A stretch of 64,000 nucleotides of DNA from an uncultured virus (IMG/VR IMGVR_UViG_3300043774_000645) (lineage: Duplodnaviria; Heunggongvirae; Uroviricota; Caudoviricetes), in the IMG/VR virus record IMGVR_UViG_3300043774_000645; one strand, given 5' to 3'. The notes below the pieces were generated by a model that searched no databases, had not been told where the DNA came from, and was given only the letters and a program-made list of their open reading frames with translations. A program made the position numbers and the translations under genes. Shown piece by piece: positions 48,401-56,830 of the stretch (positions are counted from its first letter, which is position 1; every line of letters starts with the position of its first letter).

Positions 48401-51400
48401 AGCTGCGGGTCCCACTTGAGACATCTTCATTTGATTTCTACGAATAGACTTTTGTACTGGGTCTATTGGACCACTTCCATATAAAGATGATCTTGATGCT
48501 TGGGCAATATTTGATCCCGTTGCAGATCCTCCAATTTGTTGTCCTATTGCTTTTGCATCATCAACATATTCTTGTGCTCCAGCAATAAATCCACGTCCAA
48601 TGTCAGCCCCAACTTTTTTAGTTTCTTTTGATGGTGAAGAAATCTTTGCCTCTGCCACTACGCCTTGTTCAATTTGCTTTTTTGTTATTTTTAATATTCT
48701 TGTAGCAGCATCTTTAACATAAGGAGAAACTTCTTTTATTAACTCGTCAGTTGTAGTAACTATTGATTGACCCAAGTGAGCCATTGTTGCTTTTTCAAAT
48801 TGACCTGAAGAAGGATTTAATGTTTGAAAAGATTTTTTAGTCTTTCCTTTGCTGTCAACTCTAGTAGTACTTGTAAACATTTCTGGGTTAAGTGCAGATG
48901 CAAGTGCTTGTGCATTTTTGCTTTCATTTCTATAAGACATTGGAGAGGTTGATCTTGATTGACCACCTGCTGCGGTGCCACCACCACCTACTGGACCAAA
49001 AGTTCTAATTTGATTTATAGAGTTTTCAAGTGCAACATCAATTTCTTTACCAGCTACGGTAATTCCTTTTGCAGCCTCACGAAGAGCTGGAACAACTATT
49101 TGTTCAATATCAATATCTTTTACAAATTCAATACCAGACTCATTTAGTGCTCTTACGGTGGTTTGTGCAAACAAATCTCCAACTCTTTCAAGTTCTTGCA
49201 TTACTGATGGATCTTTTACTTTTTCTCCAATTTGTCTTGCAATAACTGCAAGAAGTGGTGCTTGTCCTGCTGCTCCTGCTTGTCCAACATACCTTGTATA
49301 GTCTGAAGTTGGAACTCCTCTACCAGAAGTTTGACCCATTGAGGTGTTAATTGATTCTGGCATGTAGGTAGTTGCATTTCTGTATCCCTTAACTAATCCA
49401 CCTTCATTAAAGCCAATTCTTTTTTTATTTAACTGCATTAACAGTGGTAAGAATTCTTCTGTTACATCTTTTGTAACAACAAACTCACCAGGAGTAAGCA
49501 TGGCTGGAACTGTATCTCCATTTCCAGTTCCTGGAACTACTCCTCCAGCTGCAAACTTTTTAGGAGATGAAACACCAGGGGCTCTCATCATTCCTGGATT
49601 TATTGCTGCAAACTTTGCACCTGCATTTGCTGCTTGTTGATATGCAGCAATTAATTTTGCTATTGCAGTAGACTCTGCTGTAAATGTTTGTGTAAGTCTT
49701 GCATGTGATTGATCTAAAGAGTGTGCTGCAGCTGCTGCATCAATTTGTTCCATTGTTAAATAATCAGTTTGTTCACCAAGTATTTGTGATTGTCCAGTTA
49801 GTCTTAAGTATCCATTGCGTAAAACCATTACACCTTTTATAATGTTTGCAAAAGCATTTGCAAGCAAACCAAATGTCATTAAGGCAATTGGGCCTATAGC
49901 ACCTACTGCCACTGTTAATATTACTAATGCTCTTTTGACTCCAGAAGAAAGGTTATTGAATTTTTCAAGTATCCCGCCAATAAATTCTACAATTGGTGTA
50001 ACAGCTTCTAAGAATGTTTGTCCAACTGGAACAAGTGCAAGCTTTAAATCTTCAACAGACTTACGGAATTTATTCATTGCAGAGTCTGCAGTTAATCCTA
50101 ATTCTTTTTCTGATAAAGCAGAAAGATCTTCAATGGATGATCCTGCTAACTCAAGAACACGTGCTGCCTGTCCAGTTTCATTTGTTACGTTATCAAATAA
50201 TGTTGACAAACGTGCAAACTGGAACTTACCAAATAATTGTTCAATTGCTCTTGCACGTGTAAGTGGATCTAATGTATCTAGTGCTTGTGCAAATTCAATA
50301 ACTGTTCCTTTAAGATTTCCTTGATTTGATTCAACAATTTGACTCATATTGATTCCAACACTTTGGAGCATTGCTGCTGCCTTTGTGCTTGGATTAATTA
50401 AAGATGCAAGACCAGACTTTAATGCGTTAGCGCCTTCTGATGCATTAATTCCACCTTCTTTCATTGCTGCCATAAAGAAAGCTAAATCTTTTACGTCACC
50501 ACCAAGTTGTTGAATAACTGGTGCAACTTTTGGAATTGCTGTTGTAATATCATCTAAAGATACAACTGTTTGGTTTTCTACTGCGTTAAGAAAGTCAATT
50601 GATGATGCAAGGTTTTCAGAAGACATCTTAAATGCATTTTGCAATGAAATTGTTGTTTCAAGTGCTTTGTTTGCATCAATTTGTCCAAGGACAGAAAGTC
50701 TTGTTGCTTCAGTTGTCTGACGCTGTAAGTCAACTCCCTGGAAACCTGCTGCTGCAGCTTCTGCTGCAAGTCCAACTGTTTGTGAAACTGCAACACCATA
50801 TTTAGTAAACATTTGACCAAGTGCTGTAATGCTATCAAGTGCTTGGTTTGTTTCTTCTGTTGGAGTAAATAAATCTCCATAGACTTTTCTAAACTTAATT
50901 GTTTGAGCTTCCATTTCCATGAAAGTTCTTGATGCAACCATTCCAAGGCTAGCAAGTGGAAGAGTAAAACCAACCATAAGCTGTCGCCCAGCCCACTGTG
51001 TATTTTTACCAAAGTTTAAAAGGTTTGTAGATCCTTGCTTAACTAGTTGATTAAATATTGCTTGTTTCTGTGCTGCTAATTGAGTTTGAGTAGAAAAATT
51101 ATTCATATCAAGCTGGTTAGGCATTACTGCAATTGCTTTCATTGCTCCGCTTGAATCACGGCCTAGCTTAATGTATTGTGTTTGTAATTTTTTTACACGA
51201 TCTTCAGCAACTTTACCAATTGTGTCAAACTCAGACTTAAATAGTCTTCCAAATGTTTTTGTAGATGCTCCAGAATATCTAAAATACTCTCGCATAGAGA
51301 ATTTATTTTTCTCAAGGGAGTTTGTAAAGGATTCTGATGTTGTTTTAACTGTGCGGAGTTCTGCAGAGAATGCACCTGTAGCATTAACGCTATTGATGAA

Positions 51401-51556
51401 GTTCTTCTGCAGATCTCTCTGCGCCAGTCCAGCAGCTTCGCTGCTTTTAGCGATAGATGTATGAAACTGAGATATCTGACGTTGTAAAGCCTTTAGTTGG
51501 GCTAACGCTTCAGACGTATCAATATTAACGCCAATATTAGCATTAACGTCAGCCAT
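45455..51556 (-). CDS. Tape measure protein
   Basis: 2033 aa, Ala/Gln-rich helical, TP901-like core (ASEGANALKSGL), two DT.PAMLTPGEFVV motifs. Confidence 0.95.
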   Translation of the reverse strand: MADVNANIGVNIDTSEALAQLKALQRQISQFHTSIAKSSEAAGLAQRDLQKNFINSVNATGAFSAELRTVKTTSESFTNSLEKNKFSMREYFRYSGASTKTFGRLFKSEFDTIGKVAEDRVKKLQTQYIKLGRDSSGAMKAIAVMPNQLDMNNFSTQTQLAAQKQAIFNQLVKQGSTNLLNFGKNTQWAGRQLMVGFTLPLASLGMVASRTFMEMEAQTIKFRKVYGDLFTPTEETNQALDSITALGQMFTKYGVAVSQTVGLAAEAAAAGFQGVDLQRQTTEATRLSVLGQIDANKALETTISLQNAFKMSSENLASSIDFLNAVENQTVVSLDDITTAIPKVAPVIQQLGGDVKDLAFFMAAMKEGGINASEGANALKSGLASLINPSTKAAAMLQSVGINMSQIVESNQGNLKGTVIEFAQALDTLDPLTRARAIEQLFGKFQFARLSTLFDNVTNETGQAARVLELAGSSIEDLSALSEKELGLTADSAMNKFRKSVEDLKLALVPVGQTFLEAVTPIVEFIGGILEKFNNLSSGVKRALVILTVAVGAIGPIALMTFGLLANAFANIIKGVMVLRNGYLRLTGQSQILGEQTDYLTMEQIDAAAAAHSLDQSHARLTQTFTAESTAIAKLIAAYQQAANAGAKFAAINPGMMRAPGVSSPKKFAAGGVVPGTGNGDTVPAMLTPGEFVVTKDVTEEFLPLLMQLNKKRIGFNEGGLVKGYRNATTYMPESINTSMGQTSGRGVPTSDYTRYVGQAGAAGQAPLLAVIARQIGEKVKDPSVMQELERVGDLFAQTTVRALNESGIEFVKDIDIEQIVVPALREAAKGITVAGKEIDVALENSINQIRTFGPVGGGGTAAGGQSRSTSPMSYRNESKNAQALASALNPEMFTSTTRVDSKGKTKKSFQTLNPSSGQFEKATMAHLGQSIVTTTDELIKEVSPYVKDAATRILKITKKQIEQGVVAEAKISSPSKETKKVGADIGRGFIAGAQEYVDDAKAIGQQIGGSATGSNIAQASRSSLYGSGPIDPVQKSIRRNQMKMSQVGPAAIISTKTTQSINAEVAARKTSQQRINSMNSAFMAGTFALTSLAGAGSMAGGALGSISQKIMQFSGLIFGLSSIIQLLTGQKIVSQIMKFKFALGPTAIALAAAGALFMIYNDKRKKEIEYMDGFSNALRSTTEQTKMLGDFFGVVPLKLPRQLQGLEAVDTKTRTEREAFKQDSNFKKDYESTIKTLSNSTASQAIILLKSLALDLKAKGFADAQIQILVDSLREEAKKTDVKLEVKSLTLDPTSIDQLKKDIQTLFDKVNKEVNKPLIIDTTPLTGGTQIQTARSRKEEEKALKDLQNTIISVSDSAAGMFTNNLIDATKFEETMYAIVAPLTTLEKKAREAALIEIFKSMGVDATKFITNLKSAKDLMMGLTLISGGIVSPDSNIFKDLGSDDFSIREAAMIRLKRIYAEFIKVEEEANNTEDANGKIKGGDSEKGKLNALAAKTAVIVQQTKAYKILRNANIDNTTATELSNDAEIAALVIANGKGKKLKQLTEDVKAYTKALKGSTAAAKANMSPEEKFKDSVSNELALLNLRDKLVEIKYSAELKKDNDELSVQQEKLKNINDEIDKKNREQIDPLQAQIAANNFALESVARQEDVINKKYDTQIAALDKIASINQEINNIQKQRMSIADALTRGDISAAAFAVQEARAQQAESAISGERNALTAGRDSALGALGRNALEQKNKDLQYQISVIENGTLLTLKNQKIVIEESIRKTEALIVVTEGKIKKDKEALGYVTRTREELEKFDDLIKLAEDAGIELNTQLLAETGSAEKLAIALYEVAKARAAGSTSSVVGGATADTPTPISEDLKAREANLKELTAKIQKKINANNEVKKLAPAPTPLTAAQVSGMRYAAQAAAQYAAKTPVKRSMGGLIPKYMAAGGFARGTDTIPAMLTPGEFVVKKFAVDNFGVDNLRDINNGTFNNKSDSPGNTSSSVYNYGINVNVSNSNASTDEIARAVITQIKNIDNQRIRSQRY

Positions 51557-51597
51557 CTAGTTTACACCTCGCTTTTTAGTTTTTGTTGTTAATTGTT

Positions 51598-51897
51598 TTA
51601 TTCACCAGCAAGTGTTGAACCTGATGCTGCTTCTACAATTTTGTAGACAGTTGGTAAGTCTAGAACTTCTTCTAGCTTGTCAATGTCATCTGCAAGTTCT
51701 GGTTTGTACTGTTTCATTGCAATTTGAACACACTCAACAAGAAGAGTCATTGACTTTTCATTGTCATCCGCCACCGCTGCAACACCCTCAAACTTTGCCA
51801 TAAATGGACGAAGAAGAGAGATTTTTAAAGGACGGACAGATATTTCTGTACCATCCATAAGTGTGAGTTTTTGAGCCTCATACACTGTCGTTGCCAT
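51598..51897 (-). CDS. Tail assembly chaperone, short form (G-like)
   Basis: Immediately upstream of tape measure; paralog of N-terminal half of 51940-52644; SD AGGAGG and TGCTATAAT at 51923-51931. Confidence 0.75.
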   Translation of the reverse strand: MATTVYEAQKLTLMDGTEISVRPLKISLLRPFMAKFEGVAAVADDNEKSMTLLVECVQIAMKQYKPELADDIDKLEEVLDLPTVYKIVEAASGSTLAGE

Positions 51898-51939
51898 ACT
51901 ACCTCCTAATTAGGTTATGTTAATTATAGCACGAAAGTG

Positions 51940-52644
51940 TCAATTTTTTAGGAGTGTTGGATCTACCAAATTTTCGTAATCAAGTCCCATGTTAATGCCA
52001 AACCCTGCCTTTTGAGCATTTTGTCCTTGAAGAGATAATACATCATTACTATCAGATGTTGCTCCTTGGCTAAAAACTCTAGCTTTCATGTCTTCCCATT
52101 CTTTTTGTCCTTTGTCAGAACCTGAAGCTCCTTCTAGGTCTACACCTTGAATTGCTGCAAGAAACTTTTTTTCTTCGTAGTCTAGCTCTCTTTTACTAGA
52201 TAATGTTATCATTAACTCTGGCATAGATAAAGATTCTTCTAGTTCCTTATAGTCTTTCCAAATACCCAAAATAAATACTTCTGCCTCTAATTTTGCAAGG
52301 TCTAAGTCTTGCCATGTCATGCCACTTGAAGTTGCTTGATCCTTGACTGTTTCTTCTGATTTTTTATTTATTTTTATACCTGCTGCCACATCAATAATTT
52401 TATATATTGTTGGTAGGTCTATGTTGTCTTCAAATGAGTCTATTATTGATGGATAGTATTGTTTCATGCATATACCCACACATTTTGACAAAATATCAAT
52501 TGCGCCATCATCATCTGATACGTTTTCAATTTGATTAAAAACAATCATAAAATCTCTTAGGTATTTAATTTTTAATGGAGTTATTTCTATCTCTGTTCCA
52601 TCAATTAAATAAACATTTTCTCTGTGATATATTTGTGTGGCCAT
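51940..52644 (-). CDS. Tail assembly chaperone, long form (GT-like)
   Basis: Between major tail and tape measure; G-like N-half plus extra C-domain (WKDYKELEESLSMPEL). Confidence 0.75.
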   Translation of the reverse strand: MATQIYHRENVYLIDGTEIEITPLKIKYLRDFMIVFNQIENVSDDDGAIDILSKCVGICMKQYYPSIIDSFEDNIDLPTIYKIIDVAAGIKINKKSEETVKDQATSSGMTWQDLDLAKLEAEVFILGIWKDYKELEESLSMPELMITLSSKRELDYEEKKFLAAIQGVDLEGASGSDKGQKEWEDMKARVFSQGATSDSNDVLSLQGQNAQKAGFGINMGLDYENLVDPTLLKN

Positions 52645-52661
52645 TTTATCTATTCTATCAC

Positions 52662-52696
52662 AAAAACAACAAAGCCCACCTCAAAAGAAGTGGGCT
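52662..52696 (-). terminator. Intrinsic terminator after major tail gene
   Basis: AGCCCACTTC-TTTT-GAGGTGGGCT followed by TTGTTGTTTTT. Confidence 0.8.
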
Positions 52697-52715
52697 CAGT
52701 CGTATAATTATTAAA

Positions 52716-53351
52716 TTATGATGCTGCTGTCCAAGTACGATCTACGATCTTACCATATGAACCAGAAACATCTTCTGGTAGAAGACGGAATGATACTTCA
52801 AACATTGAAGCCTCATCACGCTTTGCAGATACTGTAACATTCTCAATTGACAATGCACGGTATGCTGTATAAACACGCTCTACATAAGCTGAGTCTACGC
52901 AGTCTCCAGTTCCTGGACCTACTGCAACAATACCACGCTCTACAGGGCATTCTCCAATATCACCAGCAGAAAGATCAAGTGATCGTCCGTTAGATGTACT
53001 CTTGTTTCCTGTAAGCTTGCTATCTGAGTAAGCCAAAGCTAGAAGAAGGTTTTCTAGTGTTGCTTCAGCAAAAGCTGTTGCAAGATTTACCTGCATGCCC
53101 TGCTTGTAAAGCTTTGCTACGTCAAGAATTTGATCAACTTGAACTTCACCGAAGTCAGGTTGGAAATTTAACTCAAGACCATTCATTGTGTAACCAACAT
53201 TTGTGTAATCAGCATCATCCGCAAGTGTCTCACGGAATGTTTCTGAGTTAACAAAAGGAGTTAGTGAAGTAGCATCAAGTGTTGTGTCTGCCACAAACAG
53301 TGCTGCTGCACCAACAATAATATTGGTTGACGTTCCACGACTATAAGCCAT
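52716..53351 (-). CDS. Major tail (tube) protein
   Basis: NIIVGAA.LF, VGYT.NG, VDQ, FAEATLENL; position before chaperones. Confidence 0.85.
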   Translation of the reverse strand: MAYSRGTSTNIIVGAAALFVADTTLDATSLTPFVNSETFRETLADDADYTNVGYTMNGLELNFQPDFGEVQVDQILDVAKLYKQGMQVNLATAFAEATLENLLLALAYSDSKLTGNKSTSNGRSLDLSAGDIGECPVERGIVAVGPGTGDCVDSAYVERVYTAYRALSIENVTVSAKRDEASMFEVSFRLLPEDVSGSYGKIVDRTWTAAS

Positions 53352-53431
53352 AGTATTTCACCTCTTTTTCATTAATAGGGTTATTAAGTTGTTAGGCGTT
53401 TGTGTTTCCTCAAATTAATTATAACATCATT

Positions 53432-54025
53432 TTATATGATTATTTTTGTGGCTGGCTTGGATTCAGGCTTCCAAAGTGATCCAGTAACTGTTCCAGTTGG
53501 GTCAGCCAAATGGTAGTCAAATTCAACAATAACTTTGTTTCCTCCATAAGTTCTGGCTGTACCAAAATCAATTATGTCTCTAGTCTCTTCAAGCTGATAA
53601 ACCTTAAATGTGTGAAAATAAAATATATTATCAATAAGATTTTGGTTTTGTGATGTTCCAAGATTAATTTGCCTATTTGAGCACCAGTCGTTTACTTCTT
53701 GTGCTGACTCATCTCCACGATCCAGTAGGCGTTGAACACCCTCTGTAACTTGAACTAGATTTTCAGTAACAGTGCTTTGTGTAGCATAAAAATAATAAAG
53801 CATCTGTTCACACTTTATGTGTGGAAAGCTTTTTTTGTTCATTCTGAAAAGTCTGTCATATGTTGCCATTATTCCATTTTCAGTAAGTGTCTCAGTTATA
53901 TCATCAATTGTAGATGGTGTTGATGGGAAAAAGGGTATTCCGTCAAATCCATAATCTGATAGTTTATCTTTTATGTAATTATTAATCCATAGTGTTGGTG
54001 TATTTAATAATGTATCGTTTGCCAT
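53432..54025 (-). CDS. Putative tail terminator/completion protein
   Basis: Synteny, directly upstream of major tail. Confidence 0.5.
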   Translation of the reverse strand: MANDTLLNTPTLWINNYIKDKLSDYGFDGIPFFPSTPSTIDDITETLTENGIMATYDRLFRMNKKSFPHIKCEQMLYYFYATQSTVTENLVQVTEGVQRLLDRGDESAQEVNDWCSNRQINLGTSQNQNLIDNIFYFHTFKVYQLEETRDIIDFGTARTYGGNKVIVEFDYHLADPTGTVTGSLWKPESKPATKIII

Positions 54026-54026
54026 A

Positions 54027-54701
54027 TTATGCTACTCCTGCCTGTGCTATCCATTGGTATCCCGTTCTTATTCCAACAGACTTACCATTATTTTTTCCAG
54101 CCTTAATGTTTGCCTTATAGACTGTTGGACTTTCTAAATAGTCTTTTATTCCACTTGACCTAATAAAGGCTTGTGAAAAATATTTAGTAAAAAACAAATC
54201 AAATGTTTTTTCAAATCCACCAAGTGCTGCAGGTCCTCCAGGGTTTGTTATGACAATATCCTTTTTTGTAAAAATAGTTTCTCCATTGTCTTCAAAAACT
54301 AAAACACTTGATGTTGTTGGAGAAATTATTACAGGAATTCCATTTTCCATAATTCTTGCTTTATTATAAAATGGGACATTTGATCCATCTTTTATTGTTG
54401 AAGATTGAGAAAATGTTGAAAAGAATGATACTCCAGAGTCTGTGGATTTATAGGAAATATCATATAGTCTTGCTTCTGGACTTCCAACTCTATACCACTC
54501 ATAAACATGTTGAAGAATAACTGGATTTACCTTAGCATTTGTATCAATAAAGGTCTTTAATGATTCAGTGGCTAATGATCCTATGTTTTCAAAAAATTTA
54601 GACTTTCCCTTTTTTATACCGTCTAAAAATCCAAGAGAGTAATCAATAATATTACTCATGTCTTTTCTAAATAAATTTGAATTAACTGTTACTCTTATCA
54701 T
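54027..54701 (-). CDS. Putative neck/tail completion protein
   Basis: Synteny; LQHVYEW, KARIMENG. Confidence 0.5.
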   Translation of the reverse strand: MIRVTVNSNLFRKDMSNIIDYSLGFLDGIKKGKSKFFENIGSLATESLKTFIDTNAKVNPVILQHVYEWYRVGSPEARLYDISYKSTDSGVSFFSTFSQSSTIKDGSNVPFYNKARIMENGIPVIISPTTSSVLVFEDNGETIFTKKDIVITNPGGPAALGGFEKTFDLFFTKYFSQAFIRSSGIKDYLESPTVYKANIKAGKNNGKSVGIRTGYQWIAQAGVA

Positions 54702-55150
54702 ACATTTACCGCTTGATTTTCTGAGCGACGCAAAAGTACTTTATAAAAATCAACATTATTTGTTGGTCCAACTAATGGCTCTTGTGATGCAACTTCATAT
54801 ATTGTTCCTTGGCCAGATCTAGGTCCAGATGTTTCCATATATATTGTTTCTGAGTTTGGAAGCCTTACATTTGTAATAAGAATATTAGTCATTGAATGTC
54901 TTTCTTTTTGTGTTGATATTCTTAAATCAAATTTAACTCTTCCAGTCAAAACCATATCTTGATTAATTTTAACATTAGTTACAATTTCTTCTTTTGTTTT
55001 TCCAGTTCCAGAACTAAGGTAGCATGCAACTGTTCTATCAAGAACCCATTGTTTTTTTAGATTGCCATAAGCAGCTTGTTCAACTACAGGATAATAAATA
55101 TCTGCCAACATTGGAAACATAAAGTCGGTAGCTTCGCATACCGTATTCAT
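54698..55150 (-). CDS. Putative head closure/stopper protein
   Basis: Synteny; beta-rich 150 aa. Confidence 0.5.
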   Translation of the reverse strand: MNTVCEATDFMFPMLADIYYPVVEQAAYGNLKKQWVLDRTVACYLSSGTGKTKEEIVTNVKINQDMVLTGRVKFDLRISTQKERHSMTNILITNVRLPNSETIYMETSGPRSGQGTIYEVASQEPLVGPTNNVDFYKVLLRRSENQAVNV

Positions 55151-56142
55151 TATAAGAACCCAGGTGTTTTAACGTTTGTTATATATTTGTCAATAATAAT
55201 ATCAACAAGAATATTTCCAGTACCAGAAAACTTTGATGAATCATACTTAAGTCTAAACTGATCTGTTTGATATTCAGAAATGTATGTCTTGTAGTGTTCC
55301 ATTTTTCCACATTTAATATCGTCAATTAATAAATTCATGGCATCACGAATATCACCTGGAATAACTTTGTATCCTGAATCATAGTCAATTACGTAATCAA
55401 AACCTTCAGGAAATGCTGCTGGTTGATTTCTTGTATTTGTCCACATGTTATCATAATTTTCATATGGTGCGTATGCATAAAATGAGTCTGATCCTGCATC
55501 TCTGTACTTTAATGGTTTTCTTTCTGCACGATCTTTTGTTTCATTTAGGTCATAATCTACTGGTACTTTTACAATTGAAGTTTCGTCTTTTGTAACAATA
55601 TAGTTGTATCCATCAAGTCCTGGGCCATCAACAGTATCAGTTATGTCATAGACTAATCTTCCATTTTCATATACTTGATTGACGCTGTAAATTGGTTTCC
55701 AAACTGGTAAATAGTCTGTTCCTTGTCCAACTACCTCAAGTATTTTCTTTTCAAATGTAAATTTAGTGCCAATCAATGAGTCAATAATAGCTCTTGCAAG
55801 GCGTTCATTGTATGTTGCTTCTGCAATCTCTGTTGCAGTAATTCCTAATGTGTTTGGATTAACGTATGGACGGATAACAGTTAAATTATCTTCAACTACT
55901 ATATGCTGTTCTTCATCTTCATCTTCATTAATTTCATAAATTTGAACAGAATAATCGTCATCATATTTTATAAAATCACCAGTTAAAGTAAATGTAATTT
56001 GTGAGTCTAGATCAGAAGTTATGGTTTCTGATACATTAAGATTAAGTATAGAATTTTCAATTGTAAACAAATAGTCAGTGTCTGCTTCTGGGACATCGTA
56101 TTTAATGTCAATAGGAAATGGTGGAAGTCTTAATACTATCAT
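55150..56142 (-). CDS. Head-tail adaptor/connector
   Basis: LARAIIDS...Y.SGY..IPGDIRDAM...VD.IIDKY adaptor-like pattern. Confidence 0.6.
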   Translation of the reverse strand: MIVLRLPPFPIDIKYDVPEADTDYLFTIENSILNLNVSETITSDLDSQITFTLTGDFIKYDDDYSVQIYEINEDEDEEQHIVVEDNLTVIRPYVNPNTLGITATEIAEATYNERLARAIIDSLIGTKFTFEKKILEVVGQGTDYLPVWKPIYSVNQVYENGRLVYDITDTVDGPGLDGYNYIVTKDETSIVKVPVDYDLNETKDRAERKPLKYRDAGSDSFYAYAPYENYDNMWTNTRNQPAAFPEGFDYVIDYDSGYKVIPGDIRDAMNLLIDDIKCGKMEHYKTYISEYQTDQFRLKYDSSKFSGTGNILVDIIIDKYITNVKTPGFL

Positions 56143-56489
56143 TTTTGTTTACCGTAGTATGAGGCAACTTCTTGAGGTGTCGCAATGCGAACTGACCTGT
56201 GTGTTACCCATTTTTCGGATTCCTCCTTAGTTACAATGTTATATCCTTTTTCTAGAGTTCCTACTCCACTCCAAAAAATATTTCTTTCTGAAAATAATGC
56301 AATGCTATTTTTTATTTCTTCTTCAATATCTTGTTTTTCTTCTACTGCTGCATCTTCTGGAGTCCAGTTAGCAATAATTTCTAGTATTTCTATTTTTTTA
56401 TTTGCCCCAATAATATCAATATTATTTTTTTTGGCATAGGATTTTATCTCCATAACAGTCTTTTTAGATAGTTCTTCAGTAATAGACAT
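56139..56489 (-). CDS. Hypothetical protein with Rho-N/HeH-like N-terminus
   Basis: LSKKTVMEIKSYAKKNNI...KKIEIL. Confidence 0.55.
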   Translation of the reverse strand: MSITEELSKKTVMEIKSYAKKNNIDIIGANKKIEILEIIANWTPEDAAVEEKQDIEEEIKNSIALFSERNIFWSGVGTLEKGYNIVTKEESEKWVTHRSVRIATPQEVASYYGKQK

Positions 56490-56517
56490 TAAATCCTCCT
56501 ATGCCATTATACCAGAA

Positions 56518-56763
56518 TTAGCGTCTTCTTCTTGATTTACCAAAATTATTTTGTAATGGTAAGCGAATACCATTTGGTATTCCAGAAGGATTGACTGCAT
56601 TTGGTCCTGTTGTATCTCCCATGTTTGCACCTGGAAGATTTTCTAAAGTATTTACTTGGAGTCCGTTTGGACCCATAATTATTACTCCAGGAGTTCCTAA
56701 AGATGCAAGTGCACCATTACCAAAATGATTATGGTCTATTGGGTTTGTTCCTGGATATGACAT
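56518..56763 (-). CDS. Stand-alone paralog of major capsid N-terminal arm
   Basis: YPG..H.H.G.GA.AS and GPNAVNP.G.P.GI.LP.Q shared with MCP; SD AGGAG. Confidence 0.75.
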   Translation of the reverse strand: MSYPGTNPIDHNHFGNGALASLGTPGVIIMGPNGLQVNTLENLPGANMGDTTGPNAVNPSGIPNGIRLPLQNNFGKSRRRR

Positions 56764-56773
56764 ATATACTCCT

Positions 56774-56811
56774 AAAAGAAAATAAGGAGGGTAGTTTTTA
56801 CGCTACCCTCC
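56774..56811 (-). terminator. Intrinsic terminator after major capsid gene
   Basis: GGAGGGTAG-CGTAAAAA-CTACCCTCC followed by TTATTTTCTTTT. Confidence 0.8.
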
Positions 56812-56830
56812 CTATAAAGTATTTCAATGA

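Noticed and set aside
51897..51945. Programmed frameshift joining the two chaperone ORFs
   Set aside because: The order is long-then-short, the ORFs do not overlap, and the second has its own promoter box and SD. The TTGACA here is only 9 nt from TATAAT, so it is not a valid -35.
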